IMG/VR virus record: IMGVR_UViG_3300022752_000102
Span: 1-52,489 of that record
Length of the DNA: 52,489 bases
DNA from: a virus
Taxonomy: Duplodnaviria > Caudoviricetes
Strand: one strand, 5' to 3'
This document shows positions 1 through 8,725 of the stretch, piece after piece (position 1 is the first letter of the stretch; each line of letters begins with the position of its first letter). The notes beneath the pieces are model-generated. The model saw nothing but the letters and a program-made list of their open reading frames with translations, made no database searches and was not told the origin of the DNA. A program made the translations under genes and the position numbers.

Positions 1-53
1 TCTATAACCTACGAATCAATAACCATTTACCCAAAAATTATGGGGTGGGGGGT

Positions 54-1043
54 CTAATTCCTGGTAAAAACCCTCAATTCCACGTTCGTAAACAAGCCTT
101 TTCTAAGGACACAGGCATTCACCCTATCCCCCGGGGAAAGACCCCGTACAGCCCGTATTAGGTCCCTTTGCGTGCCAATCTGGGCGTCTTCCACGGTCAG
201 CAGTATATCGCCTACCTGGAGCCCACAAGGGTTGATTACTTTGACAATTTCCAGGCCATCGTCGTTAAGGCCAAGTCCAAGACTTACCCGTACAGTCTTG
301 CCCAATACCCCAAGGTATCCCTTTGAGGCTATGCCCTTGCTTTCAAGGAATCTTTGAATGTCGGCTGCTGGAATCGTGTAGGTAAACTCCGGGGATGGAT
401 CCTTTGCCGGTAATTGGCCCTGTGGGGCTGTATCCAGGCTTCCCAGGACCAGGGCTATGACTTCACCCTTGCCGTTGACCAAAGGCCCTCCTGAGTTGCC
501 CTGGCGCGTAAGGGCGTCGGTAAATAGGTATCTTTCGCCGCGCTTGGTTCCGCTGGCGCTGACAATGCCCTTGGATATCGTCCTGGTAAATCCCAAGGAA
601 TTGCCGATGGCGTACACGTCGGTTCCCGGCTGGACGGGAAAGTTGGTGTTGAGCACCGCGGGTTTCAGGTCAATTTGCTGTCCCACGTCCCCTTGCAGTT
701 TGATAAACGCGATGTCGGCCAGGTCGTCGGAAAAGACCACTTCCCCGTCAAACATGAAAGACTCGTCCCCGTCGCCGGTAAAGATCGATACCGAGTCGCA
801 GTTTTCCACCACGTGGGCCGCGGTGATGACGCCGCCCTCGACGGCCACACCCGTTCCCCGCAAACTTTTTTGTTTTTTGTTGTTGACCGCCTGGATGCGT
901 ACGACGGATTGAAGGATTTGTTCCTGGGCTAAAAGAACCGGTACCAAAGTTTGCGTAGCCAGCAGTAAACCGACCAGCAAACTCCGGTGAGAAACACGCA
1001 GATTGCGGCGCCCAGAAGCGCGGCCACCGAGAAAACCAGACAT
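54..1043 (-). CDS. HtrA/DegP-like trypsin-family serine protease with C-terminal PDZ domain and N-terminal signal/TM segment
   Basis: Catalytic triad motifs VITAAHVV (His), ADIAFIKL (Asp), GNSGGPLV (Ser); PDZ-like GYLGV...GLQVGDILLTV; hydrophobic N-terminus LLVGLLLATQTLVPVLLA. Confidence 0.9.
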   Translation of the reverse strand: MSGFLGGRASGRRNLRVSHRSLLVGLLLATQTLVPVLLAQEQILQSVVRIQAVNNKKQKSLRGTGVAVEGGVITAAHVVENCDSVSIFTGDGDESFMFDGEVVFSDDLADIAFIKLQGDVGQQIDLKPAVLNTNFPVQPGTDVYAIGNSLGFTRTISKGIVSASGTKRGERYLFTDALTRQGNSGGPLVNGKGEVIALVLGSLDTAPQGQLPAKDPSPEFTYTIPAADIQRFLESKGIASKGYLGVLGKTVRVSLGLGLNDDGLEIVKVINPCGLQVGDILLTVEDAQIGTQRDLIRAVRGLSPGDRVNACVLRKGLFTNVELRVFTRN

Positions 1044-1280
1044 TCAGCGAGTTCCCTTGGCACGGGCAAGTCTTTCCTTTGTGTTGGCGTGGATAAACTC
1101 CTCCAGGGCCTTGACGAAGGCGTAATTGATCAGGGCCTTTTTATCGTGCTGGATTTCAATCCAGCCGGCCTTGGCGAGTTTATCCGCGGTGTCGTCGTCC
1201 ATGTCGAGCTGAAGCTCGACGTATGGGATTTTTTTCTCGGACACAATATGAATGCGCCCGCTGGTGTGTTTCTTTTTCAT
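1044..1280 (-). CDS. Hypothetical protein, 78 aa (MKKKHTSG...)
   Basis: 3' part of track ORF 1044..1511. ATG at 1280 is preferred because it avoids overlap with 1316..1570 and follows a promoter-like element; its stop abuts the protease ATG. Confidence 0.6.
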   Translation of the reverse strand: MKKKHTSGRIHIVSEKKIPYVELQLDMDDDTADKLAKAGWIEIQHDKKALINYAFVKALEEFIHANTKERLARAKGTR

Positions 1281-1289
1281 CGTGCCGCC

Positions 1290-1319
1290 ATTATGTTGGC
1301 CGGCACGGGAAAGCGTCAA
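1290..1319 (-). promoter_or_regulatory. Sigma70-like promoter TTGACG-N18-CATAAT, with the -10 box inside an inverted repeat
   Basis: Minus-strand TTGACG 1319-1314 and CATAAT 1295-1290; CGTGCCG...CGGCACG inverted repeat 1281-1307; ATG 9 nt downstream of the -10. Confidence 0.45.
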
Positions 1320-1570
1320 GGAGTTTCTTTGCCCCACTTGCCGATCGGGCACTGCTCGTGGGGGAGCCAGTGCTTGCCCTTGCCGCATCCGCACTTCTTG
1401 CATTTGCCGTATCCCAGCCGGACGTTTTCCTCCCAAAACTCGCACTTGCGGCAGATTTCCATCCGCTTCTGGTAGGCTTCCGGCGATACCTTGAATCCCG
1501 ACTTGGCCCATTGATGCATGGAGCCGGCGAATTTTTTGGCCTGCTGGTGGAACATCCTTGGATTATTCAT
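1316..1570 (-). CDS. Small Cys-rich putative Zn-binding protein (DUF6171-like)
   Basis: R-MEI-CxxC ... CxxCGC ... CPIGKW pattern typical of small aquatic phage proteins. Confidence 0.75.
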   Translation of the reverse strand: MNNPRMFHQQAKKFAGSMHQWAKSGFKVSPEAYQKRMEICRKCEFWEENVRLGYGKCKKCGCGKGKHWLPHEQCPIGKWGKETP

Positions 1571-2255
1571 AACAGTCGGACAGGTTCAGGCTTAGGGTTG
1601 CGTCCAAGCGCCAGTTTCCCTGGAATCCTGGAATTGACGACCAGGCCGGAGTCCATGTGTTGAGCAATGTGATCGTTGTGGATTGTCCGAAAAGACTGAG
1701 CGTGACCGTGCCGGTGGAGTTTAATCCTGGCGGACTTACCTGGAGCGCCGGGTTTTCCGAAAGGTTTGTGGCGTTGATCCATTCCGAGTAAACATCCACG
1801 TAACCTCCGCCGCAAAGAAATTTAATGCTGTAAACCTGGGCCCCGACGTTTAATTGGTAAGGATTGACGGATGTGCCGGAGGGTGTGATGTATGTGTAGT
1901 CACCTGTAAATAAACCAAGCACGTCCATGGAAACCACCGCTCCCGGCGGAAAACTGCAAGTGCATTCGGATACAAAAGATTTGTTGACGGTGCTTCCACC
2001 TCCGCGCCCACGGTTTGTCTGCCAATATCCTGGAGACGGACTTGCATTTTCCGTTACCACCGCGTTGATGCTTCCGGACGCAACAGGCTTTTGTTGAAGC
2101 GTGTTTTGCTTCAATGCCGAACACGGTATCGTCATACGGTATCGATAGTTCGGGTCAGACTTGATGCTTTGAATTTCCGCCGGATCGGTATACGTGAAAA
2201 ACCCCGAACACTCCGAGGCACAGCAACAATTTTCTGTTATGAGGAACGGGGTCAT
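1563..2255 (-). CDS. Hypothetical beta-rich protein with N-terminal CCC motif
   Basis: 230-aa ORF, Ser/Thr/Gly-rich, starts ENCCCASEC; overlaps the next gene by 8 nt. Confidence 0.65.
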   Translation of the reverse strand: MTPFLITENCCCASECSGFFTYTDPAEIQSIKSDPNYRYRMTIPCSALKQNTLQQKPVASGSINAVVTENASPSPGYWQTNRGRGGGSTVNKSFVSECTCSFPPGAVVSMDVLGLFTGDYTYITPSGTSVNPYQLNVGAQVYSIKFLCGGGYVDVYSEWINATNLSENPALQVSPPGLNSTGTVTLSLFGQSTTITLLNTWTPAWSSIPGFQGNWRLDATLSLNLSDCYE

Positions 2256-2303
2256 TTATAAATCTCGACTATCGCGTATCGCTGGATTTTTGCAAGCCAC
2301 CGG

Positions 2304-4430
2304 TCAAACAACCGGGTCTTCGACGTCGATCGGGATCTTCCAGCTGACCTTGCCCTTGACGGTGACACGCTCGATTTGCTTTGTGGTCATCAGCTTGGCA
2401 AGCCGTTGACCCATCTTTTCAGGCGTGGCCGCATAGTGGCGGGTTAGCTTTTCCAGTCCCGGATCGTTTAGCATCTGGGTAAGAAGCTGTGTCGCCGAGC
2501 CCTTCCAGACGATCTCCTTTGGATTGGAAAGCTTGAAGCTCGCCAAAAATTCATCCAAAAGCTCGGAGAACGCATGGTTGGGGTGCGTGGTCCGGGTGTC
2601 TTCCAGGATGTCGGGGTGGTGGTAGCACTTGACCTCAAACCGGCTGGAGCTTCGGATATGCTCCGGTATCTCCATGTCGACAAGCCACCTGGCAAACGCC
2701 GGAAGCTCGCCGTCCAGGATCCGCTGGAGTTCCTTCGCCGCTGGGAAGTTGACTCCGCGAGACGACGCCTTGAAAAGCATGAGCTTGTCCAGGATGCTCG
2801 CGTCGGTGTAGGGAACGGCCCGCATGGAATCCGGGTCGTCGTTGAGGGTCACAAACACCCGACCGCTCCACTCGATGGTCGAGGGATTCTTCCACATGGC
2901 CCGGTAGCGGTGCCGCCGGTTGGCTACAAACTTCTTGACCGTGTTGGAGAAGAGCAGGTGCTTTTCGTGGCTGGTAGAGGCAATCGTGTCGTCCACGTTG
3001 AGCACGCCAACCTCGAACATCTCCGAGTTAAACTCGCTTTCGCCGGAAATGTGGCCCGAGGCGTCGCAACCTCCGCCTAGCAGACGCGAAACGATCTGGG
3101 TTCCCAGAAGCGTCTTGCCCACGCCCACCGGACCGGCGATGAAGATCGCCTGGCCCTGGGACTGCTTGCCCGACCTGGCCATCACGTAGAAGTGGTGAAG
3201 CCAGGACAGGAAGTATTCCAGCGAGTCGGTCGGATCGAAGAACCCGTCCAGGAACTGGGCGATCCATGGGAAGCCGTCGCCCCACTTGGAGCAGTGCTCC
3301 GAGCGTGGCTCAAGCACCCTGACGCGTGAGACATTAAGAATGTTCTTGCCGCCCAGGTGGACGATCTCCTCCTTGTTGAAGAGGATGGGACCAGCCTCAT
3401 CGACCCGGCGTGTTTCACGGATGCGGAACATGGTCTGGTCAACCTCGCACTGCCCACCCCGCTGCATCGGGGCCAGAGACAGTCCGTAGATGCTGGCGAT
3501 GTCCTTCTTGGCCGTGTCTGACTCGGCATCGCGCCACACGCCCGTGCCGTCGCGCCGCCAGTACTTCTTGCCGTCATAATAGTAGTTGGAGAGCGGAGCG
3601 CCCAGGCGGTCCTCCTCAAACTCCTTGACCCAGCCGGCTCCGAGGATCTCGGCCCAGCTGTAGAAGCTTTTTTCCTGCGAGAAGCTGACCATGCCGGTTG
3701 GCGTGACCACGCAGGAAGTCGGGTTATCCGAGGTGGGTGACCAGAACGCATTGGTCCTGGAGTTGACCTCAAGCCTTCCGACAAGACGTCCGGGGAAAAG
3801 CTCCTCCACGCGGGAACGCACACGGTCCAGCGGAATCTCCACGGGGCCTTCCCCGCGGTATTTGGTTGAGGCGTCTATCGTCGTGGCCAGCCAGCTGAAG
3901 ATCGTTTCCGACCGGATGGGCTTTTCGCTAACCTTTGTGACTGGTTGGTACCAGGCGTAATACTGTTCTGGTCTCAGGTAATTTTCGTCCAGGCCCGGGA
4001 AGATCTTTTTGATCCCAAGCTCCTTGGCCATCCGCTTGATGAACGGCTCAAGAAGGCCCACCGGAATCTGGGCTGGCTCCTCAAACATCCAGATGACCCT
4101 AGCTCCTCCGCTCGGAGTCCTGTGGGCGTAGTTTGGTTTGTAGCCCTTGACCTTGTTGGCCAGGCTCTCGATAAACTCGCTGTCGGTTATCTCGGCATCG
4201 TAGTCCACCACGAACGCATGCATCTTGGCCGGCGGATTATCCTTGGTAACCCGCATGGCCGGAGCCCTGCCCTCAAACCCGCTGACAAACATGCCGTCTG
4301 TCTGCGAGCTTGTGGACCACTTCTTGGCGTCCTCAGGCTTCAGGCTGGGCGGCTGATTGACGTTTCCAGTCCATGGTGTGCAGGGACTTGCCACCGACGA
4401 CGACAGATTAGGAATACGGAAGAGTGTCAT
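2304..4430 (-). CDS. Primase-helicase (N-terminal AEP-like primase, C-terminal SF3/DUF5906-type helicase)
   Basis: AFVVDYD and HRTPSGGARVIW primase-like motifs; Walker A GPVGVGKT, Walker B LNVDD, sensor VTLN. Start placed at ATG 4430, which forms an ATGA overlap with the polymerase stop. Confidence 0.85.
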   Translation of the reverse strand: MTLFRIPNLSSSVASPCTPWTGNVNQPPSLKPEDAKKWSTSSQTDGMFVSGFEGRAPAMRVTKDNPPAKMHAFVVDYDAEITDSEFIESLANKVKGYKPNYAHRTPSGGARVIWMFEEPAQIPVGLLEPFIKRMAKELGIKKIFPGLDENYLRPEQYYAWYQPVTKVSEKPIRSETIFSWLATTIDASTKYRGEGPVEIPLDRVRSRVEELFPGRLVGRLEVNSRTNAFWSPTSDNPTSCVVTPTGMVSFSQEKSFYSWAEILGAGWVKEFEEDRLGAPLSNYYYDGKKYWRRDGTGVWRDAESDTAKKDIASIYGLSLAPMQRGGQCEVDQTMFRIRETRRVDEAGPILFNKEEIVHLGGKNILNVSRVRVLEPRSEHCSKWGDGFPWIAQFLDGFFDPTDSLEYFLSWLHHFYVMARSGKQSQGQAIFIAGPVGVGKTLLGTQIVSRLLGGGCDASGHISGESEFNSEMFEVGVLNVDDTIASTSHEKHLLFSNTVKKFVANRRHRYRAMWKNPSTIEWSGRVFVTLNDDPDSMRAVPYTDASILDKLMLFKASSRGVNFPAAKELQRILDGELPAFARWLVDMEIPEHIRSSSRFEVKCYHHPDILEDTRTTHPNHAFSELLDEFLASFKLSNPKEIVWKGSATQLLTQMLNDPGLEKLTRHYAATPEKMGQRLAKLMTTKQIERVTVKGKVSWKIPIDVEDPVV

Positions 4431-6217
4431 TTCTTGTACCTCTCGGCATCGACCGCTTCCGCCCCGATTGGACAACCTGTAAGCCATTCGGGGGATTCAC
4501 TCATTAGCCTTTCAATCTCACCAGGCGAAACGTCCTTGTCAACCTCGCATACCGCTTCGTCGTGGATGTGCATGACGACCGGACACCCGGCTTTTTCAAG
4601 CCTCAGGACAGCCGCGCCCATAACGTCACGCGCTACAGCCTGCACCAGGTTTTCGCAAAGTTTCCCACCGTAGAACGGGATCTGCGGACCGCCGCGCTCC
4701 ACGCTCGCAGTCCAGGCCGGCTTACGCATTCTGCCGTCCTTGTCCGTCTTCTGGTTCTCCGGCCACTGCGACATGATGTTGCGGTAGGTAAGCACCCGTC
4801 CGCTGGGTAGTCCGACTTCAAGTTGCTTGTCCGCCTTGGCGTGATGGAAGTCGTTCTCAAGCTTGCGCCAGAGTTGGAGAATACCGGGATTACGTCCGCG
4901 GAAATCGTTGACGATCTCCTGAGCCCTGGAATCCGTCATCTCAATCCCGTACTGCATCTTGGCGATGAGCGCGAACTTCTTGGCCCCGGCACCGTATCCA
5001 AGGCCTAGCACCATCGCCTTGACCAGCTGGTAAAGAGGAGCATCGGTTTTCTTCAATGTCCCTTTTGCGCCATTCCACAAATTCATGTTTTTTGCCGCGG
5101 CCTCGTAGATGCCATACCCATTCCTTATTGCATCCAGAAGTCCTTCGTTGTCGCACAGCCAAGCAAGAACTCTTGGCTCGATCTGGGCAAGATCGCAGAT
5201 GACAAACTTCTTACCTGGCCGGGGTACGATGCAACCCCGTAGATCAACGCCGAACATTTCATTTCGGGGAAGATTCTGCACATTGAATTTGGAATCGCCC
5301 GACCAGCGTCCGGTGTGGGCGCCCATGTATTTGAGTCCGTAGCCCATCGTACCGTCCGGGCGCACGCGCGAGCGCATGACCTTCATCTTGGCCAGAAGCG
5401 AGTTAGCCTTACGCCAGTCGCGCATGATTCCGACAAACGGAACCTTGTCTCCATATTGGGCTTCCCAAAGCGCACACTCCTCGGAGTTCTCCGCCATCGA
5501 GGTGGGCCAGGGAATACCGGCCTTGGCACATTCCCGGCGGAACGCCTTTGTTGAGAGAACGACCCCGTCGGTCTCGTCGATCCAGGGAAGCGCATTTTCA
5601 GACTCCCATGTTTTCCGTTCCAAAAGCTTGATGCCTTTTTCAACCGCATCGGTGTCGACATGAAATCCAGACCAACCCATCCGGATCGTGTGCCTGGAAA
5701 GTTCCTGCTCCATTGGCAACAACAAAGATCCAAACTCCTTGTCGATCTGGAAGCAAGCCTGGGCGTCTTGCCTGGCATACTCCAAAACCTCCTTTCCAAA
5801 CTCCGTGTTCTCGACATCGATCCACTTTTTGGAGTGCATCTTGTCCCGCGGATCCTTGTCGATCTTTCTGTCCAGAAGTTCACGGGAGGCCCCTGCAAGG
5901 TTTCGGGGCGCTCCCACGGCGACCGAAAGGTTGGCGGTGCAGTCCCAGACAACGGGTCTGGCTCGGAACTCACCTGCCTCGCGCAACCTCTCGATCACCG
6001 CGCCGTCAAAGCTGTAGTTATGGGCAATCCACCTATGCCCGTCAATCTTGGACCACGGGGCCTTTTTGGGATCACCGACGTAATCCACCCCCGGACCGTG
6101 AATAGCCACCATGTAAATGTCCGATTTGTCGTGGCGCAGATAATGCCACTGCCCAAGCGTGGTAATGGATATTTCCTTGTCGTAATATGTTTCAAAGTCT
6201 ATTGCATATGTGTTCAT
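4427..6217 (-). CDS. polA: DNA polymerase family A with 3'-5' exonuclease domain
   Basis: Exo I AIDFETY, exo II AHNYSFD, exo III YARQDA; HTGRWSG, NVQNLPR; motif A DLAQIEPR; motif B KAMVLGLGYG; motif C HIHDE. Confidence 0.95.
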   Translation of the reverse strand: MNTYAIDFETYYDKEISITTLGQWHYLRHDKSDIYMVAIHGPGVDYVGDPKKAPWSKIDGHRWIAHNYSFDGAVIERLREAGEFRARPVVWDCTANLSVAVGAPRNLAGASRELLDRKIDKDPRDKMHSKKWIDVENTEFGKEVLEYARQDAQACFQIDKEFGSLLLPMEQELSRHTIRMGWSGFHVDTDAVEKGIKLLERKTWESENALPWIDETDGVVLSTKAFRRECAKAGIPWPTSMAENSEECALWEAQYGDKVPFVGIMRDWRKANSLLAKMKVMRSRVRPDGTMGYGLKYMGAHTGRWSGDSKFNVQNLPRNEMFGVDLRGCIVPRPGKKFVICDLAQIEPRVLAWLCDNEGLLDAIRNGYGIYEAAAKNMNLWNGAKGTLKKTDAPLYQLVKAMVLGLGYGAGAKKFALIAKMQYGIEMTDSRAQEIVNDFRGRNPGILQLWRKLENDFHHAKADKQLEVGLPSGRVLTYRNIMSQWPENQKTDKDGRMRKPAWTASVERGGPQIPFYGGKLCENLVQAVARDVMGAAVLRLEKAGCPVVMHIHDEAVCEVDKDVSPGEIERLMSESPEWLTGCPIGAEAVDAERYKK

Positions 6218-6501
6218 TTTTTCATTAAAAAGTCTTCTTCAAAGACGAGCAGTCTTCCGAGCATGTCGGAAATCTTCGACGTCAATAAATCAGAATCCTT
6301 CTGTGTTTTGGATTTTTTGCGTTTGTTCAGGAGCACCTCGATGGCCATAAGGAGCATGTCCGTTATTTCTTTCGGAGACGCCCCGGAGTCCACCAGGATG
6401 TCGTACTCGGCCGCAATCAGTTCACGCTCTCTTCCCTCAAACGGGAAAGGGATTATCGTGAACTCCTCGGCCAGTGCGTAGCTGGCTAAGGCTTTCCTCA
6501 C
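6214..6501 (-). CDS. Hypothetical protein
   Basis: 95-aa ORF with 4-nt overlaps on both neighbours. Confidence 0.65.
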   Translation of the reverse strand: MRKALASYALAEEFTIIPFPFEGRERELIAAEYDILVDSGASPKEITDMLLMAIEVLLNKRKKSKTQKDSDLLTSKISDMLGRLLVFEEDFLMKK

Positions 6502-6806
6502 CGACGGTCGCCGGTTCTTGGGTCGATAACTTCGGCACCACCCTCAGGCTCAATCATGCCGTTGGATATCATGTAATCCTCACTGAGCGGGGCACCGGTT
6601 TTATCGACAAGAGCATTTTCCTCTTTGTCTTTGTTACGAAAACCTTCCTGTTTCAGGAGCTGGCCGAGCAGGCTCTGTACGTGGGGCATCAGGCCCAGAA
6701 ACACGTCTTTTTCAACAAGCGTGGGATTTTCATCCCGTGGTAGCAGTGCGATTTCCAGCTTGTCGGTTTTTGCGTCGTGGCTTATTCTGATCACTATTTC
6801 AGTCAT
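6498..6806 (-). CDS. Hypothetical protein
   Basis: 102-aa ORF, AG-rich RBS, coupled to neighbouring genes. Confidence 0.7.
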   Translation of the reverse strand: MTEIVIRISHDAKTDKLEIALLPRDENPTLVEKDVFLGLMPHVQSLLGQLLKQEGFRNKDKEENALVDKTGAPLSEDYMISNGMIEPEGGAEVIDPRTGDRR

Positions 6807-7164
6807 GGTTGTTCTCTTTCTGGTGTGGTGTTAATTCGAGGACGGCGGACCGTACCTTGCGTCGGAACTCCGAGCATTCCTTTTCAAGGTCGGCCATGTC
6901 GGACAGGAGCTCCTGGCAGAGATCCCTCAGACCTTCGTTCTCGTTTTCAAGACGACCGTTCTCCTCCACAAGGCGAGCGGCAGTCACGTGGTTTGCTTCC
7001 GCCAAGTCAACGACCCGGCAGTAAAACTGATGCAGGCGGTTCAGACTTCTTTGCCTGGTATGATCGGCGCTGTCATATTCTTCTTTACCGACTATTTCTT
7101 CGAGTTGCATATGACGGCCTCCTTGCTTAAAACAATCGTGGGTTCCTTCCGGTCTGTCAAACAT
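6799..7164 (-). CDS. Hypothetical coiled-coil protein
   Basis: Heptad pattern LVEENGRLENENEGLRDL; both ATG 7164 and ATG 7110 have GGAG(G) RBS, so the start is ambiguous. Confidence 0.7.
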   Translation of the reverse strand: MFDRPEGTHDCFKQGGRHMQLEEIVGKEEYDSADHTRQRSLNRLHQFYCRVVDLAEANHVTAARLVEENGRLENENEGLRDLCQELLSDMADLEKECSEFRRKVRSAVLELTPHQKENNHD

Positions 7165-7218
7165 ATAAATCCCTCCTGTAACAGGTAATCCAAAGCGGCA
7201 ACAAGTTCCCTGGCCAGG

Positions 7219-7347
7219 TTATCTTTTTCGTTTCTTGCCACTTTTTGAAACCTTTATAGTTTTCATTTTAGCCTGGGTGCTTTTTGTTTCCGTTTTGATT
7301 TTTGGAAAAGAAAATCCCCGTTTGTCCCAAAGCCATTCAATAATCAT
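7219..7347 (-). CDS. Small basic hypothetical protein, 42 aa (MIIEWLWDKRGF...KSGKKRKR)
   Basis: Translated by hand; ATGA overlap with the stop of 7344..7544; below the ORF-track cutoff. Confidence 0.5.
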   Translation of the reverse strand: MIIEWLWDKRGFSFPKIKTETKSTQAKMKTIKVSKSGKKRKR

Positions 7348-7544
7348 GCTATGTCTTCCTTTTCTAATTGGTGGTTTAGTTTTTCTTTTTCGATTACTTC
7401 CATAAATCTATGAGCATGGGAATCCCGGTCAAAGAAAAACATGGACGTGATCCTGTCTGTTTCTGGATCAGTCGCAAAAACAACCGACCTAAACCAGCGG
7501 ACGCTGATCTTCACAAAAATCCACAACAAGATTGACTCGATCAT
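7344..7544 (-). CDS. Hypothetical protein with hydrophobic N-terminus
   Basis: 66-aa ORF with ATGA overlaps. Confidence 0.6.
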   Translation of the reverse strand: MIESILLWIFVKISVRWFRSVVFATDPETDRITSMFFFDRDSHAHRFMEVIEKEKLNHQLEKEDIA

Positions 7545-7852
7545 AGAGTTTTTCCTTTTCGGATTTTGTAGAGAAGAAACGCCGCCCTTACCAAGGCTCT
7601 TTCCAAATGATCGAGCGAAGTTTCACCAGCCAAATCAGGATCAGGTCTATTCCCGTCAATCTGCATCATTGCCTGAGTCACATGGGAAATCAGACGGTCG
7701 GCATTGTATCGGCGGCTGTCAGTATGAAACCACTGACCAAATACGCTTTTGTCGGAACCCCTGGTCATAATCTTTGTTATGACTTCTTGCGCTTCTGCGG
7801 CGACTTCGCTAATTGCCGGAGCTAAATCTGTATTTATTTCGTTTTGATCCAT
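7541..7852 (-). CDS. dATP/dGTP diphosphohydrolase-domain protein (DUF5664-like, all-alpha NTP-PPase)
   Basis: EVITKIMTRGSDK..GQW...DRLISH...DPD..GETSLDHLERALVRAAFLL resembles the family pattern (V..G..KY...NW...RH....D.ESG..HL..A.....FL). Confidence 0.6.
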   Translation of the reverse strand: MDQNEINTDLAPAISEVAAEAQEVITKIMTRGSDKSVFGQWFHTDSRRYNADRLISHVTQAMMQIDGNRPDPDLAGETSLDHLERALVRAAFLLYKIRKGKTL

Positions 7853-7913
7853 ATGCCCTTTACTTCTGTTTTCACGTTAAAATTAAGATGTTCCAAAAGA
7901 GATATAAATTGGC

Positions 7914-7994
7914 GGAGAACGTCCGGTGTTTCACGCGGCAAGGAACACTTGACCTGTCGACGCCTCTCGCGTCGCACCATGCCAGAACGTCTCC
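7914..7994 (-). ncRNA. Putative structured RNA or ssDNA element (multi-stem) downstream of the SSB-like gene
   Basis: Outer stem GGAGACGUUCUGG/CCGGACGUUCUCC enclosing hairpins CGACGC-GAGAG-GCGUCG and UGUU..AACA. Confidence 0.4.
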
Positions 7995-8008
7995 CCTTCC
8001 TCATCTAT

Positions 8009-8725
8009 TTAGACTAAGCTGGAAGCCCAAGCCTGGAACTCGTCGTTGTTGGTTCCAGCCAACTTAAAGGTCGGCGTAAACCAGCTACCCATCGAGTTGG
8101 TGTTGAGCTTGCTACTGACATGGTACCGACCCTTGCTCAATCCACCGCGAAGGACTGTCTGGCTGTCTGTCAACAACTGACGACCGGCCCCACGGTACGC
8201 ACTCTTGGTTAGGTTATACTGGGCCAAGGCGTAGTTTTTCTTGTCTGGACCCTCAAGCGAGAATACCGGGTTTTTGTCTTTCGGCTCCGACACCAGAAGA
8301 GTCAGAACGAGAAACGGAATGTATCGGTCCGTATCGTCGTTTTCGGTGATATCCAGGGTTCCTCCGGCAGCTTCCACCTCAGCCTGCGAGGCGAAAATCT
8401 TCGGAATCACATCGGTTCCGTAGGGGATTTCCTGGATATATTTCTTCTGAATATGGGTGATGATCGTCTCCATCGGGGCGTCTTTCGACCCGACAACGAT
8501 CTCCTTATTGAAGACGAAGGAGCCCGGCTGGAAGTTGTTGCTCAGGTTCCCGGTCTTACCAACCAGGTTGATCCTCGGAATCAGAAAGTCGGAGGCTTTG
8601 AATTCGCCATCGACTGCCGAGTTGCGATTGGAGATCATGGGAGCTTTGCTCTCCACGGTCGCCAAAGCCTGAGTTTCCTTCTGGTCTGCCGCTTCTTTGT
8701 CTTTCTTACTGAATGATGTTTTCAT
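8009..8725 (-). CDS. Putative single-stranded DNA-binding/annealing protein
   Basis: 238 aa between exonuclease and polymerase; DFLIPRINLV motif, beta-rich, ends ...GSWFTPTFKL; synteny. Confidence 0.55.
   Translation of the reverse strand: MKTSFSKKDKEAADQKETQALATVESKAPMISNRNSAVDGEFKASDFLIPRINLVGKTGNLSNNFQPGSFVFNKEIVVGSKDAPMETIITHIQKKYIQEIPYGTDVIPKIFASQAEVEAAGGTLDITENDDTDRYIPFLVLTLLVSEPKDKNPVFSLEGPDKKNYALAQYNLTKSAYRGAGRQLLTDSQTVLRGGLSKGRYHVSSKLNTNSMGSWFTPTFKLAGTNNDEFQAWASSLV

Noticed and set aside
2468-6481. Several long alternative/antisense ORFs over primase and polymerase (for example 3945..4673, 5660..6481)
   Set aside because: GC-rich shadow frames over genes with clear motifs
7092-7241. 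49-aa GTG-start minus-strand ORF (VARNEKDNLARELV...)
   Set aside because: Possible but unsupported: no clear RBS, and it conflicts with the 7164 start of the next gene
7541-7852. Z-genome (2-aminoadenine) pathway suggested by the dATP/dGTP diphosphohydrolase-like gene
   Set aside because: No purZ-like gene in the window, and the domain is widespread in ordinary phages
7914-8010. Possible hammerhead ribozyme (GAAAC present on the minus strand)
   Set aside because: No CUGANGA core in the required position
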